Both the position numbers and the translations under genes were made by a program. Positions 32,558-42,354 of a DNA stretch of 63,954 nucleotides are shown piece after piece. This DNA comes from Nitrospinales bacterium (GTDB lineage Bacteria; Nitrospinota; Nitrospinia; Nitrospinales; VA-1): contig JAKUOQ010000002.1 of assembly GCA_022450865.1 (NCBI GenBank), positions 1 to 63,954 of the forward strand, read 5' to 3'. The stretch's first letter is position 1. Each line of letters starts with the position of its first letter. The notes below the pieces were generated by a model, which did no database searches, was not told the origin of the DNA, and worked only from the letters and a program-made list of their open reading frames with translations.

Positions 32558-33622
32558 ATGAATATCATCTTAAATAGTTATTGTAATCTAAAATGCAATT
32601 ACTGCTTTGCCGATGAATACATGGAAGAAAACGTAAAAACTCCTGATAAGTCAATGGATTATGATTTTTTTCAGAACGAGCTTTTACCAAGAGTAAAAAA
32701 TGCTTCTCTTATAAACTTTATGGGAGGAGAGCCCACCTTACATCCACGCTTCAATGATATGCTTTCCAAAACTTTGGACAATATGCAGTCCTTCTCATTT
32801 CTTGGGTTGTTTACCAATGGATTGATGTCGGACAAAGTTCTCGATCTGCTTTTAAATTTAGTTGGTCGTGGTGGTAGCATCGAACGACAGATACAGTTTT
32901 CTGTCCTGCTCAATTGGCAGACCATGGAAAACACATCAGAAAAAAACCATGCTCGTTGTCGTGAAGTTGCCGAAGCTATTTTAAGTAAGAATGGATACGG
33001 GCTGATGTTCAGCCTCAATCTGTATTCCATCCAGCAAGATCTGGCTACACAATGTTGGGAAATAGATGAAATTTATCAGAACTTGGGGTTACCGCCAGGT
33101 CAAAACTATAAAATTCGTGTCAGTCCAGCTTTTCCCATAGTGGGGGAAGAAGGACATATAAGCTTGCCCATAAAAGATTATCCTAAAATGGGTCGTATGA
33201 TGATAGACCTGCTCAAAGATTTTCCTCAAATGTGTTTTCGCTTTGACTGTTCTTTCCCACCTTGCCTAATGGATGATATTAAAGAGGAAGAATATCACTT
33301 AGTGGAGCGGTTCATTTATCATGGAAGCCAATCTGTTCCAAATATTACCGAGTGGAAAGATAAAGATGTTTACTTCGGTTGTGCCGATGACAGCCCGATG
33401 GACATCGATCCAAAGGGCGATTGTTTCAACTGTTTTCCCTTTCACAACAAAAAATTAGGAAATATTCAAGACTTCAAACAAGTCAACGAATTAGCTATAA
33501 AAAAAATGCATACCGAATTTTTAGGTCACGCTTTTAAAGCCCAGCCAAACGAACCTTGTAAAAGCTGTCCGCATTATATGGTCACTTGTTCCAGTGGCTG
33601 CTTCGCCTATAATTTTAGCTAA
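32558..33622 (+). CDS. radical SAM enzyme with a SPASM/twitch-like Cys-rich C-terminal domain
   Basis: CNLKCNYC (CX3CX2C) at residues 9-16 and a GGEPTL SAM-binding motif. C-terminal Cys clusters: CFRFDCSFPPC, CADDSPMDIDPKGDCFNC and CKSCPHYMVTCSSGC. Confidence 0.85.
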   Translation: MNIILNSYCNLKCNYCFADEYMEENVKTPDKSMDYDFFQNELLPRVKNASLINFMGGEPTLHPRFNDMLSKTLDNMQSFSFLGLFTNGLMSDKVLDLLLNLVGRGGSIERQIQFSVLLNWQTMENTSEKNHARCREVAEAILSKNGYGLMFSLNLYSIQQDLATQCWEIDEIYQNLGLPPGQNYKIRVSPAFPIVGEEGHISLPIKDYPKMGRMMIDLLKDFPQMCFRFDCSFPPCLMDDIKEEEYHLVERFIYHGSQSVPNITEWKDKDVYFGCADDSPMDIDPKGDCFNCFPFHNKKLGNIQDFKQVNELAIKKMHTEFLGHAFKAQPNEPCKSCPHYMVTCSSGCFAYNFS

Positions 33623-33658
33623 CAACAAAGCAATCCCTAAATAATTTTTACTTGTCTT

Positions 33659-34342
33659 TTAAAGTTTTTCTAGCCATTCCCGGGCAAGACCAATAGCAGT
33701 GATAATTTGTCCGGGTTGCATTTTCTTCTCTATAATATCGGCATTTTTTTTGCCTGTTGCATTGCCGTTGACCCCCGCAATATTGAACCATTTATGCGCC
33801 TCAACATAATCTTGTTCCACTCCCAAACCTTTTTCATACATAAGGCCAAGATTAGACTGAGCTCCCGAAATTCGTTGCTCCGCCGATAACAGATACCACC
33901 TCAACGCTTCCTTGTAATCTATCGAGGTCCCCTCACCGCGACTATACATCAAGCCAAGATTGTATTGCGCTTGACCATAGCCCTGCTCAGCAGCGAGCTT
34001 AAACCACCAGAGAGCTTCAAAAAAATCTTTTGCCACACCTTGCCCTTTACCATACATCACACCAAGGTTATGTTGTGCCTGAGCTAATCCTTGCTCGGCT
34101 GCAAGACGATACCATGTAACTGCTTCATTAAAGTTTTGTTCTACTCCCTGACCTTTCCCATACATTAAACCAAGGTTGGTTTGAGCTTCGGCAAACCCCT
34201 GTTCGGCTGCGCGAAGATACCATTTAATCGCTTCCGAGTCATTCTTAGGTATTTCCTTACCTAGACTGTACAACAGACCCAAGTTATACTGCGCTTCTGC
34301 CTTCCCGTCTTCGGCCAACTGTTTCCACTCATTAAAATTCAT
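33659..34342 (-). CDS. Sel1-like repeat (SLR) protein
   Basis: Six tandem about 36-aa repeats of AQ.NLG.MY..G.GV..d..eA..W...AAEQG. No signal peptide. Confidence 0.9.
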   Translation of the reverse strand: MNFNEWKQLAEDGKAEAQYNLGLLYSLGKEIPKNDSEAIKWYLRAAEQGFAEAQTNLGLMYGKGQGVEQNFNEAVTWYRLAAEQGLAQAQHNLGVMYGKGQGVAKDFFEALWWFKLAAEQGYGQAQYNLGLMYSRGEGTSIDYKEALRWYLLSAEQRISGAQSNLGLMYEKGLGVEQDYVEAHKWFNIAGVNGNATGKKNADIIEKKMQPGQIITAIGLAREWLEKL

Positions 34343-34349
34343 ATTTTGA

Positions 34350-37300
34350 TTATTTTTTGTTTCCTACTTGGCGTAGGACTATGTCGAGATTTGCTCTCGC
34401 TTGAGTTAGTTCCGGTTTAAGTTTTAATGCGACTCGGTAATTGTTAATAGCTTCCTCCCATTTTTTATTGTTATAAAAAGAGTTAGCAAGTGTAAAATAT
34501 CCTTCCGCGTTTTGAGGTTCTATTTGGATGGCCTTTTTAAATTGAGATAGGGCCCTGGCAAAATCACCCCTATTATCCCAATAAATCCCAATATTAATAT
34601 TAGCTTCAAAATAATTAGGTTTTTTTTCAATCGCTGTTATGTATTGGGCCAGGGCATCTTCTAAATTTCCCTGAGCTGTCAGAATATTCCCCAGACCGTT
34701 ATAGGCTGCGGCATAATCGGGTTTAAGCTTGATGGCGCTCCTGAGATGACTTTCTGCTTTTTTGAAATCTCCAGTTTTTGCTAAAGCATTTCCAAGCCAA
34801 AAATGCGCCAAAACAAAGCTGGGGTTTAGTTTTACAGCTTCCTCAAATTTTTCAATAGCCCCTCTCAGATTTTTTTTGTTTAGATATTGAACCCCAAGTT
34901 CGAACATATCTTCCGCAATTTCTGTATTGATACGTTGATCCCAAAAACTTTTAAATATTTCCTTGTCAGCGCTTGTCACGTTTTTAACTTTTGTGAATAC
35001 CGTATCGAAAGAAGTACGATTTTTAAGAAACTTATAAATACTCTCTCTGGATATAACATCTGGTGAGTTAAGGAAAAATTCCAGCGATGGGTTGTTATCA
35101 GTTATGAATGCCTGCCTTGAGCCCATATTTTTCAATTCATTTTCCAAAAACCAAATACTTCCTAAAAGAGTAAAGGGTTTTTCAAATTTAATTTTTCGCA
35201 TTACTTCGTTTACCACCGGATGCTTTAAGCGTTTTTCAATTTTCCTGAAGTCAAGATTTATAGGATCATTTGAACCTATTAAAATTAACTCCTGTTTTGT
35301 GGGATACCAACTCATCACATACGGAAAGCTCTCAAGAAAAGTTCGAAAGTGCTCGTATATATGAGTTTCTGTCTGGCTATGCAAAGGTATCCACTGACTG
35401 ACAATTCCACCTGGGTTCAAAGCTTTTTTGGTTAATTCATAATATTCTTTTGTATAAAGATTAACAGCCCCTGCATTGGTTGGCGGAGGAGGTTCTGCGG
35501 TTATAACATCATAAGTTTTTGAAGTCGTTAAGAGGTGGTTCCTTCCATCCTGAATAATTTTATGAATTTTTGGATTAGTAACAGCATCATAATTCGTATC
35601 GCTAAAAAGTTCTGCGGCAATAAAAACACCAGGCGAAATGTCTACCGCATCGACGGAATCAATTCCGGGATAAACTCCCGCCGCACCAGAGGTCAGACCT
35701 GTTCCAAAACAAATTACCAGGACATCTTTAGGGTCTTCATTTAGCAAGAGAGGAATGTAGGACAATAGGGTCATATATTTTCGCGAATTGCTATGGTTAG
35801 CGGACATACTGACCCCATTCAATATTAAACTTTTACGCTGTATTCCAAAGTTGTCATCATCTTCATTGAAAACAGCAACAGTAGTCGTTAACCCTTCATT
35901 CAAATAAATCAATTTTTCTGGATTTGTTTTACCAGCCGAATTCCGCATAAAAAAACCTTTTAATAAATCTTCCGGCATAGCAAGTAGGATTAATACCAGC
36001 AAGCCGAATACGGAAAGAGCAACTCCTTTTCTAATTAATCCGGTAAAATATGTTGAGGTTGCGAAAAGAATAACTCCTGTTAAAAAATTCAACATGGCTA
36101 GAAAAACCAGAGTTTGTTGAGACCCAAGGTTTGGTAATAGAAGGTAGCCTGCAATAAGAGATCCCAGAATGCCCCCCAGAGTATTAACTCCATAAATAAT
36201 TCCCAAAGAGCTGCCAATATTTCCTGACCCTCGAGTCACAATGTGAGTCAGAACAGGAAAACTCATTCCAAACAGGATGGTGGGAACAGACATCAACGCG
36301 GAAGCGTTTTTCATATCAATCCAAAATTCGGCGATAGGGCTTTCCAATCTTAAAGGCCGGATAAAAGAGGAAAAGATCCAACTGGATTGATAAATACTAA
36401 AAATTAGGTAAAAACCAATTCCAAACTGGAACAGGGTCAAAAGCATGCGCAAATCAAAATTTCTTTTAAAAAAAGGGACAATTAATAAGCCCCCCACCGT
36501 GATTCCAAAAAGGAAATTGGCCAGCATGAGGCTAAAAGAATAAACGGTACTGCCTATGCCAAACACCAAAATTCTTGTCCAAACGACCTCATAAGCCAAC
36601 GCTGTAAAACCGCACAAAAAACTGGCGATAATCCAAATAATATTTTCTTTATCGATTTGGATAGAAAGTGACACCGGCTTTGGAAGTGTCCATCCAATGG
36701 GAGTTGAAGGTTCGGACTTTTTGTGTCTCAGGATACAAAGAATTCCTACAAAAATATTTATAGATGCCGCCAGCCAAGCTGTTTGTAAAACTCCCAAATA
36801 TTCTATAAGAAAATACCCGCTCAACAAGCAACCCGCCGCGGCTCCAAAAGTATTAATAGAATATAAATAACCTACCTGTTTGCCGGTATGAGTTTCGTCA
36901 GTTACAAAATACTTCGCCATTATAGGAAGGGTAGCTCCCATCAAAATAGTAGGGATCAATACTAAAGAAAACGCTAAAGCTGTTTTTAGCAAGCCTGTTT
37001 GAAAAAAGAAATCGGGCAACCAACTATAAAACCAAGCGTAAATAGGAGAAAACTTTGAAAACAAATAGGAAAGAAATAAAGCTGTCAAACCAATCAAAAG
37101 CTCAATTTTTCCATAGATCAATAGAGGCTTTCCAGCTTTATCAATTGTGGTTCCCCATAAATAGCTGCCCAGACCCAAACCAGCCATAAAAGCCGATAAA
37201 ACCACAGATACAGAATAAATTGTATGACCAAAAACCAGAGTCAACATTCTGGTCCAGACAACCTGGTAAATTAAACCGGAAATACCCGAGAAAAAAAATA

Positions 37301-37370
37301 AAAAGTATATCCAGTTGGATCGTTTCAAATCTGGACGAACCAATCCTCTTTTTATTGATTTTTTTTTCAT
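34350..37370 (-). CDS. fused polytopic membrane domain / spermidine-synthase-like (class I SAM-fold) domain / C-terminal TPR domain protein
   Basis: About 470 aa of TM helices, then a SpeE-like core (VLVICFGTGLTSG, DAVDISP, DVITAEPPPP, PGGIVSQW), then 4-5 TPR units. Ends 7 nt before the Sel1 gene. Confidence 0.85.
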   Translation of the reverse strand: MKKKSIKRGLVRPDLKRSNWIYFLFFFSGISGLIYQVVWTRMLTLVFGHTIYSVSVVLSAFMAGLGLGSYLWGTTIDKAGKPLLIYGKIELLIGLTALFLSYLFSKFSPIYAWFYSWLPDFFFQTGLLKTALAFSLVLIPTILMGATLPIMAKYFVTDETHTGKQVGYLYSINTFGAAAGCLLSGYFLIEYLGVLQTAWLAASINIFVGILCILRHKKSEPSTPIGWTLPKPVSLSIQIDKENIIWIIASFLCGFTALAYEVVWTRILVFGIGSTVYSFSLMLANFLFGITVGGLLIVPFFKRNFDLRMLLTLFQFGIGFYLIFSIYQSSWIFSSFIRPLRLESPIAEFWIDMKNASALMSVPTILFGMSFPVLTHIVTRGSGNIGSSLGIIYGVNTLGGILGSLIAGYLLLPNLGSQQTLVFLAMLNFLTGVILFATSTYFTGLIRKGVALSVFGLLVLILLAMPEDLLKGFFMRNSAGKTNPEKLIYLNEGLTTTVAVFNEDDDNFGIQRKSLILNGVSMSANHSNSRKYMTLLSYIPLLLNEDPKDVLVICFGTGLTSGAAGVYPGIDSVDAVDISPGVFIAAELFSDTNYDAVTNPKIHKIIQDGRNHLLTTSKTYDVITAEPPPPTNAGAVNLYTKEYYELTKKALNPGGIVSQWIPLHSQTETHIYEHFRTFLESFPYVMSWYPTKQELILIGSNDPINLDFRKIEKRLKHPVVNEVMRKIKFEKPFTLLGSIWFLENELKNMGSRQAFITDNNPSLEFFLNSPDVISRESIYKFLKNRTSFDTVFTKVKNVTSADKEIFKSFWDQRINTEIAEDMFELGVQYLNKKNLRGAIEKFEEAVKLNPSFVLAHFWLGNALAKTGDFKKAESHLRSAIKLKPDYAAAYNGLGNILTAQGNLEDALAQYITAIEKKPNYFEANINIGIYWDNRGDFARALSQFKKAIQIEPQNAEGYFTLANSFYNNKKWEEAINNYRVALKLKPELTQARANLDIVLRQVGNKK

Positions 37371-37474
37371 TAAATAAATTTTATGCTAAAAATTTTTAGA
37401 AACTGCGGCAAAAGGGGCAGGATCGATCTAGCAAGATCGATGGATTCAAATTCGCTTGCAGATTAATCTTTGTT

Positions 37475-37846
37475 CTAAATTTCTTCGGTTCGTGTTTCAG
37501 TTATATCTTTGATCTCTGCTTCCCCATTCCCACTCAAGCTATCCAACGCATCGCTACCCCAATCTTCATCCAGAAAACGATCGGTCATGATGTGCAAGTC
37601 TTTTTTATTTTTCTGCATCTTTTTTAGAAGTAGTTTTGTTTCTTCATCTGGGAAGAGCCCGTTGAGGTCTTTATCCTCTTCTGGAAATACTTCATTGAGG
37701 TCTACTTCGGTTGGGAACGGTAATTCATTCTGCGGTTGGTAAACGGTCTCTTCTTCAGCTTCGATATCTTCAATACGCTTATTCCCTAGAGGATTATTCG
37801 TTGATTCTGGCGGCTGGGTTATTTTGGTCATGTTTGAAAGCTCCAA
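37475..37846 (-). CDS. acidic hypothetical protein
   Basis: 123-aa ORF, strongly acidic, with an internal DLNEVFPEED/DLNGLFPDEE repeat. No family recognised. Confidence 0.4.
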   Translation of the reverse strand: MELSNMTKITQPPESTNNPLGNKRIEDIEAEEETVYQPQNELPFPTEVDLNEVFPEEDKDLNGLFPDEETKLLLKKMQKNKKDLHIMTDRFLDEDWGSDALDSLSGNGEAEIKDITETRTEEI

Positions 37847-38033
37847 AAAGATTTCTAGTGGTATAGTAATTTAAAGTAACCTTATCTGCAATACCACTTG
37901 CAACTATGAAATAATACAACAATTTGACACACAAAAAAGTAGGGAAATTCGACACTAACTAATGACAAGGCCCTCCATACACTTTTATATAGAGCTATTA
38001 TAATTAAGACTAAGAATTGTGATTATAAGTGGA

Positions 38034-38510
38034 TTAGAATCGGGCTAGCCAGATACCTAAAAAGAGAGCAATGGTCATCAGCACCAAGGTCATGCGACTG
38101 AGGCCGATCATCTTTTTCAGTGTTTCAGGAACAAGTACTTTATTTTTTGGGTTGAGATCAAGATCAGAGATTTGCACTCTTAATGAGAACGCCAAATACA
38201 TACTGATAAAAAATGCTCCTGCCACGAATATCATTTTTATCCCAAATAAATTGTAGTAACCCGGTTTGAGCCCTGTCTGTGATGTGTAATTCACAAGAAG
38301 GAAATAAATTCCGGTTCCCACCAAAACGAGCAGGCTTGCAAACACGGTTGGTGCCAGATGATCGAGTATTTTGTAGGAAGGAGAATTTTCGTCCCGCTCT
38401 TTCTGATTTTTTTCAGCAGCAGGAAGATAAATCAATAAACTGTATACTGCACTACCGATAGCAACTGCGGCTGCCATTAGATGTATAAAAATAATAAAAT
38501 TATTTTGCAT
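38034..38510 (-). CDS. four-TM membrane protein of unknown function
   Basis: 158 aa with four hydrophobic helices. Starts 16 nt after the pepA stop on the same strand. Confidence 0.55.
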   Translation of the reverse strand: MQNNFIIFIHLMAAAVAIGSAVYSLLIYLPAAEKNQKERDENSPSYKILDHLAPTVFASLLVLVGTGIYFLLVNYTSQTGLKPGYYNLFGIKMIFVAGAFFISMYLAFSLRVQISDLDLNPKNKVLVPETLKKMIGLSRMTLVLMTIALFLGIWLARF

Positions 38511-38526
38511 GGTTTTCGAGAGTTCT

Positions 38527-40041
38527 TTAACGGCCTTTTTCCAGATAACTCAACAATAACCGCACTCCAAACCCGGATGCACCCTTATTGGTGTACGGTC
38601 TGTCGAATCCCCATGCAGTGCCAGCGATATCGATATGTGTCCAGGGTTGCTCACCAGCAAACGCTTTGAGAAAAGCGGCTCCCATGATCGTTCCTGCACC
38701 AACCCCTGGAGATGCAATATTTTTAAGGTCGGCAATATCGCTTTTTGTAGCTTTTTCATATTCTGGCCAGAGTGGAAGTTCCCAGACACGCTCTCCCGTG
38801 GCCTCACCAGCGTTTTTTAATTTTTGAATCATTGCTGTGTTATTGCCTATGACAGCGGCTGCCTGATGACCCAGTGCATGTAACACGGCTCCCGTCAAGG
38901 TTGCCAGATCGATCACCTCTTTGGGTTTATATCGTTGTGCGTAGGTCAGTGCATCTGCAAGCACAAGTCGACCTTCGGCATCGGTGTTCAACACCTCGAT
39001 GGTTTTGCCAGACATACTTTTTAATATATCACCGGGTTTAATGGCCGATCCACTCGGCATATTTTCTGCTGCAGCAACAATTCCAACAATATTTATCTTG
39101 AGCTTTAAGCTTGATACCAATTGCAGAGTTGCCAGAGTAGTCGCAGCACCAGACATATCCATCTTCATCTCGTCCATACCCCCACCGGGTTTGAGAGAAA
39201 TGCCGCCGGTGTCAAAGGTCACGCCCTTGCCAACAATAACTGTTGGAGCTTTCTTTTTCCCCGCACCGTTGTATTCGAGCGCAATGAGTGCTGGTGGTTC
39301 GTCACTCCCCTGCGACACACCTAGCAAAGACCCCATACCAAGTTTTTCCATTTCCTTTTGACCCAGCACCTTGCAGGTGATTTTGTTTTTACGCGCCACT
39401 TTTTTTGCGTGATCAGCGAGGAAGGTAGGTGTCGCAGTGTTACCAGGATGTGAGATCAGGTCACGTGCTGTGTGTACAGCGTCAATTATTTTTTCTGCAC
39501 GAGCAATGGATTTTTCTATTGATGCCTGGCGCGACTTCGATGCCGTCAGCAGTGTTAGTTTTTCTATTCGGCTTGGAGGGTCGTCTTTTTCATCTCTAGA
39601 TTTATAATTGTCGAAATGATAGAGAGCCAGCCCAACCCCTTCAGCCATTGCACATGCCAGTTCTCTATAGAATCCGCCTTTCCCCTTAGCAATACCTTCA
39701 AAAGCACTAAGGTCAGCCGCAATAGATTTAAATTTGGATTGCTCTGCGAGTTTGGCCGCCGTTCCTGCAGCCTGACAAATTTTTTCGGCCGTCACATCTT
39801 TGGATTTGCCAATGCCCACTAATAACAAGTTGGACGCTTTTCCATTACTGTTGAGCAATAGGGCTTGCCCCGGATTTCCGTTAAACCTTTTATTTTCAAA
39901 TGCATGACTAATGACACCCGCAAGCTCATCGCTTAATTTTTTAAGCGTACCAGAAGGTTTCTTTTCCTCCACGCAAGCAAGAATCAAGCATTCGGTTTTA
40001 TGTTCCAGAGGGTGATCTAGTTTTTGGGTTATTTTTATCAT
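38527..40041 (-). CDS. pepA: leucyl aminopeptidase (M17)
   Basis: VGKGVTFDTGGISLKP and NTDAEGRLVLADAL signatures. Confidence 0.95.
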   Translation of the reverse strand: MIKITQKLDHPLEHKTECLILACVEEKKPSGTLKKLSDELAGVISHAFENKRFNGNPGQALLLNSNGKASNLLLVGIGKSKDVTAEKICQAAGTAAKLAEQSKFKSIAADLSAFEGIAKGKGGFYRELACAMAEGVGLALYHFDNYKSRDEKDDPPSRIEKLTLLTASKSRQASIEKSIARAEKIIDAVHTARDLISHPGNTATPTFLADHAKKVARKNKITCKVLGQKEMEKLGMGSLLGVSQGSDEPPALIALEYNGAGKKKAPTVIVGKGVTFDTGGISLKPGGGMDEMKMDMSGAATTLATLQLVSSLKLKINIVGIVAAAENMPSGSAIKPGDILKSMSGKTIEVLNTDAEGRLVLADALTYAQRYKPKEVIDLATLTGAVLHALGHQAAAVIGNNTAMIQKLKNAGEATGERVWELPLWPEYEKATKSDIADLKNIASPGVGAGTIMGAAFLKAFAGEQPWTHIDIAGTAWGFDRPYTNKGASGFGVRLLLSYLEKGR

Positions 40042-40125
40042 GCTGGCCTTTAAATTAAGGGGTGTTGGATTTTAATAAACAAATTAGAGTTTATATTTAT
40101 GAGTTGCTTCAATCAACCTGAATTT

Positions 40126-40141
40126 TGGGTTACAAGTTGCA
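40126..40141 (+). promoter_or_regulatory. sigma-54-like -24/-12 element (TGG-N8-TTGCA), tentative
   Basis: TTGGGTTACAAGTTGCAA. GG and GC have the canonical 10-nt separation and the TTGCA -12 box, but the -24 flank is TGGGTT rather than TGGCAC. Confidence 0.2.
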
Positions 40142-40251
40142 AGGAGCTCGTTTGCAAGTAATGTTTGCCTATTTCCTTAAAAAGGGACCTAAAATAAATC
40201 TATACAGAAAAAATATTTAACTGAATTTAAAATATTTATTCTCTTTAAATC

Positions 40252-40283
40252 CATTTGAAGGTAGTTTAAACAGCCTTCAAATG
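40252..40283. repeat. 10-bp perfect inverted repeat CATTTGAAGG-N12-CCTTCAAATG in the leader of the NuoF-like gene
   Basis: Read directly. The loop contains the palindrome GTTTAAAC. Confidence 0.6.
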
Positions 40284-40360
40284 CTAATCGGGTAGAATAT
40301 TGTAAATAGAGGTCTTACTCAAGAGTCCAAAACCTTTAAAAAGAAGGCTCTAGGGAAATA

Positions 40361-40389
40361 TTGACAATAAGCAGGTCGGCTACTAAAAT
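40361..40389 (+). promoter_or_regulatory. sigma-70-type promoter TTGACA-N17-TAAAAT
   Basis: Consensus -35, 17-nt spacer and near-consensus -10, about 110 nt upstream of the 40501 ATG. Confidence 0.5.
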
Positions 40390-40500
40390 GACTAGAATTT
40401 TCAGTTGATATATGAGAAGTTATTGTGCTCACTAATTCCGCGTTTTTGAAACGGGACGAGTTTTAAATATTTTAAATTTTCGAATAGCAGGAGATCGTCC

Positions 40501-42333
40501 ATGCAAGTTGTTGAAGACCAAAAAGATCAGGCTGTCGAAGCGAAACAGGGCCAGATAAAAATAACCGTTTGTTTAAGCCTGAGTGGTATCGCCGAGGGCG
40601 GTGAAGAGGTCTATGCAGAATTCCAGAAACAAATCTCTGAAATGGAGGCCAACGCAGCATTAGGTGAGCGTAAATGTGAAATGGGGCAGGTGGGTTGCCG
40701 AGGATATTGTAGCCGCGATGTATTAGTCGATGTTTATGTCCCTGGCGAAAAACGGGTGACCTATGAAAAGGTTAAACCTGCAATGGTCAAAAACATTTTA
40801 AACGATCACATTGTTGGTGGGAAACCATTTAAAAAAGCAGCTTCTAAAGAAGACTATTACACGACGCTTGAAAAACAGACACGTGTTGCACTTGCACATG
40901 GAGGCTCGATCGATCCCGAAAATATTAATGAGTATATTCAAGTCGGTGGCTATGAATCTCTGAAAAAAGTGCTCTCCACCATGAAACCAGAAGAGGTGAT
41001 CGCAGAAGTTAAAAAATCAGGTTTGCGAGGAAAAGGTGGTGGTGGTTTTGTAACAGCTAACAAATGGGAAAAAGCACGTAACGCCCCAACTGATGACAAA
41101 GGTACCCGTTATATCATGGTCAATGGCGATGAAGGCAACCCCGCTTCATACATGGACCGCAGCGTGATGGAAGGCGCATCGCATCAGGTTCTTGAAGGTC
41201 TGTTGATTGGTGCTTACGCCATAGGCGCAACCGAAGCCATTATTTATACCCGATCAGACTACGCTATTGCGGTAAAACGTTTGAATATGGCCATTGAGCA
41301 GGCACAAGAAAGAGGATTTCTGGGCGAGAATATTTTGGGTTCGGGCTTCAGTATTAATGTTCGTGTGCATGAAGGCCTTGAAGCTTTTATTGGTGGCGAA
41401 TCCACCGCATTGATGCAATCAGTGGAAGGCAAACGTCCTTTCCCGAAAGCGCAACCGCCTCACTCTGCACAACAAGGGTTGTGGGGCAAACCAACGGTAC
41501 TTAACAACGCAGAAACCTGGGCAACCGTTCCTAAAATCATTGAAAAGGGTGCCGACTGGTACGCGTCCATGGGTAACGACAATGCCAACGGTTGTAAAGT
41601 ATGGGCGATTTCTGGGAACATCAAATACAACGGTTTGATGGAATTGGATATGAAAACCACATTCCGCGAAGCCATCAATGATTATTGCGGCGGCATTCAA
41701 AAGAAAAAAGATCTAAAGGTGGTTCATGTCGGAGGTGTGACCGGCGGTTTTCTACCTCCAGAATTAGCAGATACTCCGACAGACTACGAAAGCCTGTTGA
41801 ATGCTGGTGTTTTGATGGGGCAAGCCAGCTTTGCTGCATATGACGAGTCGGCTTGTGTAATCGATCTCGCTAAGTTTTCCATCGGATTCAACGAAGGCGA
41901 AACTTGTGGCAAATGCACACCGTGTCGAATTGGCCTTACTTTAATCCGACAAAAACTCGACGATATTTCAGAAGGTCGCGGAAAACTAGAAGACCTCGAC
42001 AAGCTCCAGGAGCTTTGTGAAGAAATAAGCCAGACCTCTCTTTGCGGCTTAGGTGAAACCGCACCTAAAGCCATCCTTACTGGACTAAAATATTTCCGTA
42101 AAGAATATGAAAGGCACATTGTCGACCAGGTTTGTGATGCAGCACGTTGTACCGGCCTTTATAAATATTACGTCAAGGAAGAAGACTGTGTGGCTTGTGG
42201 GGCGTGCATTAAACCTTGCCCCACCGGTGCTATTACAGGCGGAACTCGAAAGGTAGCGGCTCATATAGATATGGACTTGTGCATAAACTGCAATGCCTGC
42301 TACCAAGCCTGTGGATTTCTAGCTATCGAATAG
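40501..42333 (+). CDS. NuoF/HoxF/HydB-type NAD(P)H-binding flavoprotein fused to an N-terminal thioredoxin-like [2Fe-2S] domain and a C-terminal 2x[4Fe-4S] ferredoxin domain
   Basis: N-terminal Cys context GCRGYC, an FMN/NADH-site region GLRGKGGGGF...VNGDEGNPASYMDR, the NuoF cluster motif ETCGKCTPCRIG...SLCGLG, and C-terminal CVACGACIKPCP and CINCNACYQAC. Confidence 0.88.
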   Translation: MQVVEDQKDQAVEAKQGQIKITVCLSLSGIAEGGEEVYAEFQKQISEMEANAALGERKCEMGQVGCRGYCSRDVLVDVYVPGEKRVTYEKVKPAMVKNILNDHIVGGKPFKKAASKEDYYTTLEKQTRVALAHGGSIDPENINEYIQVGGYESLKKVLSTMKPEEVIAEVKKSGLRGKGGGGFVTANKWEKARNAPTDDKGTRYIMVNGDEGNPASYMDRSVMEGASHQVLEGLLIGAYAIGATEAIIYTRSDYAIAVKRLNMAIEQAQERGFLGENILGSGFSINVRVHEGLEAFIGGESTALMQSVEGKRPFPKAQPPHSAQQGLWGKPTVLNNAETWATVPKIIEKGADWYASMGNDNANGCKVWAISGNIKYNGLMELDMKTTFREAINDYCGGIQKKKDLKVVHVGGVTGGFLPPELADTPTDYESLLNAGVLMGQASFAAYDESACVIDLAKFSIGFNEGETCGKCTPCRIGLTLIRQKLDDISEGRGKLEDLDKLQELCEEISQTSLCGLGETAPKAILTGLKYFRKEYERHIVDQVCDAARCTGLYKYYVKEEDCVACGACIKPCPTGAITGGTRKVAAHIDMDLCINCNACYQACGFLAIE

Positions 42334-42354
42334 TTTTTTTAACTCGAATTTTAT

